DNA from: a virus
Lineage: Duplodnaviria; Caudoviricetes
DNA length: 58,825 nucleotides
IMG/VR virus record: IMGVR_UViG_3300048996_000263
Span: 1 to 58,825 of that record
Direction: 5' to 3' (one strand)
Position 1 is the first letter of the stretch. Every line of letters begins with the position of its first letter. The notes below the pieces were generated by a model that was given only the letters and a program-made list of their open reading frames with translations, had not been told where the DNA came from and did not search any database. Shown in pieces: positions 55,802 to 58,825 of this stretch. Position numbers and translations under genes: made by a program.

Positions 55802-56025
55802 GACGCCCGCCGCCTCTGCAAGAGCCGGAGGTTCTGACACCCGCACGCCGTCGGCCCGTCCATCCCTCGGATCCACGCGTCCACGGCCTCGGCCGAGAAC
55901 CGCCATGAACAGTTCCGGCGGGGTTGGTGACCGTGCAGCTCACCACTCTCGGCAGCGCGCTGCACGGTGACTAGGTGATGACCGACCTTCTCGGCCACCT
56001 GCTTGGTGGACAGCCAGTCGGTCAT
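55798..56025 (-). CDS. Excisionase-like HTH protein
   Basis: WLSTKQVAE...TV...GEL.G...WRF...VDAW. Confidence 0.8.
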   Translation of the reverse strand: MTDWLSTKQVAEKVGHHLVTVQRAAESGELHGHQPRRNCSWRFSAEAVDAWIRGMDGPTACGCQNLRLLQRRRAS

Positions 56026-56369
56026 CAGGCCGCGCCCCGCTCGGACTCCCGCTTGGGACCGCTGCCGCCTTTTTCCTTGCGGCGTTCTGGCTTCTCTTTC
56101 GGCTTGGTCTGGTCGGGCGGGTTGTCCGGCACGCCGTCTTCGCTGACGAGGATCTCGCAGACGACCGCACGGAGATCCCTACCGGCGTCTGCCTTGATGA
56201 TCAGGGCGCGAGCCACGTCGTAGACCCGATCCAGAGTGAGTGGGTCCCGACCGGCGATGGCGTTGCGGAGTGACCCCCAGGGGATGCCAGTCCTCGTGGA
56301 CAGCTCCTCGGACGTCACACCCAGCTCTGCCATTCGGTGCTTCACCGCGGGGCTGTCGAGTTTGGGCAT
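56025..56369 (-). CDS. Cro-like HTH regulator, probably leaderless
   Basis: ELS.RTGI..GSLRN; divergent from the repressor; TTGTGT-N17-CAGACT 6 nt before ATG. Confidence 0.75.
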   Translation of the reverse strand: MPKLDSPAVKHRMAELGVTSEELSTRTGIPWGSLRNAIAGRDPLTLDRVYDVARALIIKADAGRDLRAVVCEILVSEDGVPDNPPDQTKPKEKPERRKEKGGSGPKRESERGAA

Positions 56370-56370
56370 A

Positions 56371-56565
56371 CGCAGAGTCTGCGGTGTTCTGCGGGATTAC
56401 ACAAGACCATCTCCCGCATTTTGCGGGTCACGTCTTGGCATCCTGCGGAGGTCTGCGGTACTCTGCGGTACATGAGAGTCGTTGGGGAGCGGTTCAGGCA
56501 GCGTCGACACGTCAGGCACAAGGCGCGACGGCGGGTAGCGCTCTGCGGAACTCTGCGCCATGATG
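56371..56565. promoter_or_regulatory. Immunity switch: divergent promoters and TCTGCGG operator repeats
   Basis: (T/C)CTGCG(G) at 56378, 56388, 56442, 56452, 56462, 56542, 56552 (10-bp phase) plus inverted pairs. Confidence 0.7.
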
Positions 56566-56570
56566 CAGCG

Positions 56571-57101
56571 GTGGACCGCAAAGTGCGCACAGGCAACTAC
56601 TCACAGGAGGCGCGCGCCCGCCTCGCCGGCGCCATCGTCAAGGCACGCGAGGCGGCCGGGCACAGGTTCCGGCCCAGCTTCGCCAAGGCGGCCGGTGTCG
56701 GTGTGCGCAGCATCGAGAACGTCGAGTCGCTGGAACCGGGCGCCGCGAGCGTCGGGGAATCTGTCCTGCGCGCGATCGGCCGCGCTCTGCCGACCTGGAC
56801 CGAGGAGACTCCGCGAATCATCTTGGAAGGCGGACCGATCCCGGCCGGGCCACAGACGCCCGTTTCGTCAGCTGTCGAAACAGAGGAACTGGCCCCTCTA
56901 GATGAGGTCCTTTCGACCGACCTTGATGGACTAAAGACCCTTGCGCGGATGTACGCCTGGTATGAGGCAAGGAAGGCGGACCGAGAGCCCAACGCCGCAG
57001 ATCAGGAGCGGTTCATGCTGTGGGCACTTAGGACTCGAGCCGCCCGTACGGAAGCGGGAAACATCAAACCACCCGCGCACGACAATAGCGACATCAGTTG
57101 A
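56571..57101 (+). CDS. Putative immunity repressor (XRE-like)
   Basis: RLA.AI..AR..AG...FAKAAGVGVRSI.N.E HTH; divergent from Cro, upstream of integrase; CATGAT-N6-GTG leaderless start. Confidence 0.75.
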   Translation: MDRKVRTGNYSQEARARLAGAIVKAREAAGHRFRPSFAKAAGVGVRSIENVESLEPGAASVGESVLRAIGRALPTWTEETPRIILEGGPIPAGPQTPVSSAVETEELAPLDEVLSTDLDGLKTLARMYAWYEARKADREPNAADQERFMLWALRTRAARTEAGNIKPPAHDNSDIS

Positions 57102-57264
57102 CCCAACTGTGACCGAGAGTTATTAAGCGCGTGGCACATATTCCCCCATTCAGGTGAATCCCGTACATATGCGTAAAAGGCGGCGATGGAATGAGTATCG
57201 GGAAGAACGCGCAACGCTCACTGGGGTAGGGGCGGCGCCCACCACGAAAGGGTGAGGTCAGCCA

Positions 57265-57624
57265 ATGTCAGACATGCCGAAGGGCCTACACAGGGCAGCC
57301 GGTCTCCGCTGGATCCTCCTTAGTGCAGCCGCACTACTCACAGTAGTCGCGGGCCTGCTCGGATGGATCGAAGTGGCGGACGACTCGGCGCCCGCGCCCA
57401 GAGCGTTCGTCTGGGGTACCGCCATGGTCGTCTGGATCGGCTTCATCAGCCTCTGCTGCATGGTGTTCCACCTCAAACGCCAGGCCATCCGAGACGCCCG
57501 CAACCGCAAGGAGGCCGAGCGCAATACGCAGCGAATCCTCGCCGCGATAGTTGAGCGGCGCCTGACGTCACTGGCCGACCTGCTGGAAGAAGACGTGAGA
57601 TCTGATCTAAACGAGAAGAGGTGA
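57265..57624 (+). CDS. Two-TM membrane protein in the immunity-integrase operon
   Basis: GAGGT RBS; two hydrophobic helices and a charged tail. Confidence 0.7.
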   Translation: MSDMPKGLHRAAGLRWILLSAAALLTVVAGLLGWIEVADDSAPAPRAFVWGTAMVVWIGFISLCCMVFHLKRQAIRDARNRKEAERNTQRILAAIVERRLTSLADLLEEDVRSDLNEKR

Positions 57625-57628
57625 CGCG

Positions 57629-58825
57629 ATGGCCTGGACCGTCCTAAGAGTGTCCGGGAAATACCAGGCGTGCTATCGGGACGCGACCGGGGAAACACGC
57701 TCGGCGGGCACATTCACGCAGGAGCGGCAAGCACTGAAGGCCGCGATCAAAGCGGAGGACGAGCAGCGCAAGCCTGGCGCGGTAGACCCACGCGACGGGC
57801 GCGTCACGTGGGGTACGTGGTTCGAGCAGTGGTTCGAGTCGCACCAGATGGCCTACTCCACCGAGCAGTGCTACCGGTCCACCGCCGACTGCCACCTGAT
57901 GCCGAAATGGCGCGAGGTGAAGCTGTGCGACATCAACCACCTTGAGGTGGCCCGGTGGGTCAAGGAGATGCAGAAGCCGAAGAAGAAGACCGTGAAGCCA
58001 GCGTCGGTGTGGACAACCCGCAACTCGCTGATGCTGTTCAAGACGACCTTGAACGCAGCGGTGTTCGCGAAGCGCATCGACCTCAGCCCGGCCGCGCACA
58101 CCGCCTACCCCGACCTGCCGACGGCCATGGAGCGCTACCTCGCCCCAGACGAGGTCGAGGCGCTGGCGTTCCACATGGACGGGTTGAACAGCCTGATCCT
58201 GTGGACCCTCGTGCAGACCGGGATGAGACCCAGCGAGCTGGCCGGGCTGCATTGGCGCCGGCTGGACCTTGAGCGCGGGTCTATCCAGATCGTGGAGAAG
58301 TTCGACCAGAAGGCGGGAGTGATCGACCCGCTGCCGAAGGACAACGAGCAGCGATCCGTGCCGCTGCCCGAGGATCTGGTGATGATGCTGCGCCGCTACC
58401 GGGAGCACGCCGCCCCGAAGCGCGCCGAGACGTGCGGGCTGCCGCACTCGGCCGGTCGGTGCATCGGCGACCTCGTGTTCCGCGGGCCCCGGCTGGCGCC
58501 GTTCCGCTCGAACGAGTGGGGCAAGGGGCCGTTCAAGCGGGCACTGGAGCACAGCGGGTTCGAGGGGCACGCCCGGCCGTACGACTTGCGCCACACCTAT
58601 GCGAGCTGGCTGCTACAGCAGGGCGTGCACCTGGCGGAGCTGGCGCGGATGATGGGCCACTCCGACTGGGAGGTGACGAAGAAGTACGCGCACCTCTCGG
58701 AGCAGGGTTACGACACGGTCCGGCAGGCCCTTACCGATCATCGTCGGATAGCACGGCGGATAGCAGACGCCGGTCAACATCGGCTGGCATCAGCTAGTTT
58801 GTCTAATGACGAACAGGTCGGGTGA
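57629..58825 (+). CDS. int: Tyrosine integrase
   Basis: TGMRPSEL, K, YDLRHT, MGHS, TKKYAH catalytic motifs. Confidence 0.96.
   Translation: MAWTVLRVSGKYQACYRDATGETRSAGTFTQERQALKAAIKAEDEQRKPGAVDPRDGRVTWGTWFEQWFESHQMAYSTEQCYRSTADCHLMPKWREVKLCDINHLEVARWVKEMQKPKKKTVKPASVWTTRNSLMLFKTTLNAAVFAKRIDLSPAAHTAYPDLPTAMERYLAPDEVEALAFHMDGLNSLILWTLVQTGMRPSELAGLHWRRLDLERGSIQIVEKFDQKAGVIDPLPKDNEQRSVPLPEDLVMMLRRYREHAAPKRAETCGLPHSAGRCIGDLVFRGPRLAPFRSNEWGKGPFKRALEHSGFEGHARPYDLRHTYASWLLQQGVHLAELARMMGHSDWEVTKKYAHLSEQGYDTVRQALTDHRRIARRIADAGQHRLASASLSNDEQVG
58745..58765. repeat. Candidate integrase arm-type sites
   Basis: Direct repeat CGGATAGCA at 58745 and 58757 in the 3' end of int. Confidence 0.45.

Larger units (their letters stand above)
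1..58825. mobile_element. Temperate siphovirus-like prophage of an actinobacterium (boundaries not visible)
   Basis: Complete syntenic set: integrase, repressor/Cro, recombination/replication, terminase, portal, capsid, tail tape measure, lysin/holin. No att core identified in the window; whether 1-3142 belongs to the prophage is inferred. Confidence 0.93.

Noticed and set aside
56571-57628. Integration-dependent immunity (attP inside the repressor gene)
   Set aside because: Repressor and integrase are contiguous and intact; no att core or tRNA 3' half is visible here.

Overview
The window is an essentially complete temperate siphovirus-type prophage of a high-GC actinobacterium. Pseudonocardiaceae is a plausible host, inferred only from the DUF397/XRE pair style. 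Read on the minus strand from right to left, it has a tyrosine integrase and repressor/Cro switch (55.8-58.8 kb), an antirepressor, Erf plus exonuclease recombination, RuvC, a DNA methyltransferase and a replication initiator. A long accessory region (28-43 kb) follows, then HNH/terminase/portal/capsid, a non-contractile tail with a -1 frameshifted chaperone, a lysis cassette and tail-fibre genes. An XRE-DUF5753/DUF397 module with a divergent small-gene operon sits at the left end. The att sites are not visible and probably lie just outside the window. The most unusual items are: a phage Thg1-like 3'-5' polymerase flanked by 19-bp direct repeats; a tRNA-like RNA with an enlarged anticodon arm and no CCA; several genes bounded by duplicated gene-end/RBS sequences; an array of five C-rich-loop hairpins; three tandem paralogous tail-tip proteins; an autoregulated divergent moron; and a stand-alone FtsK gamma domain. 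All family assignments come from motif recognition by eye, not database searches.
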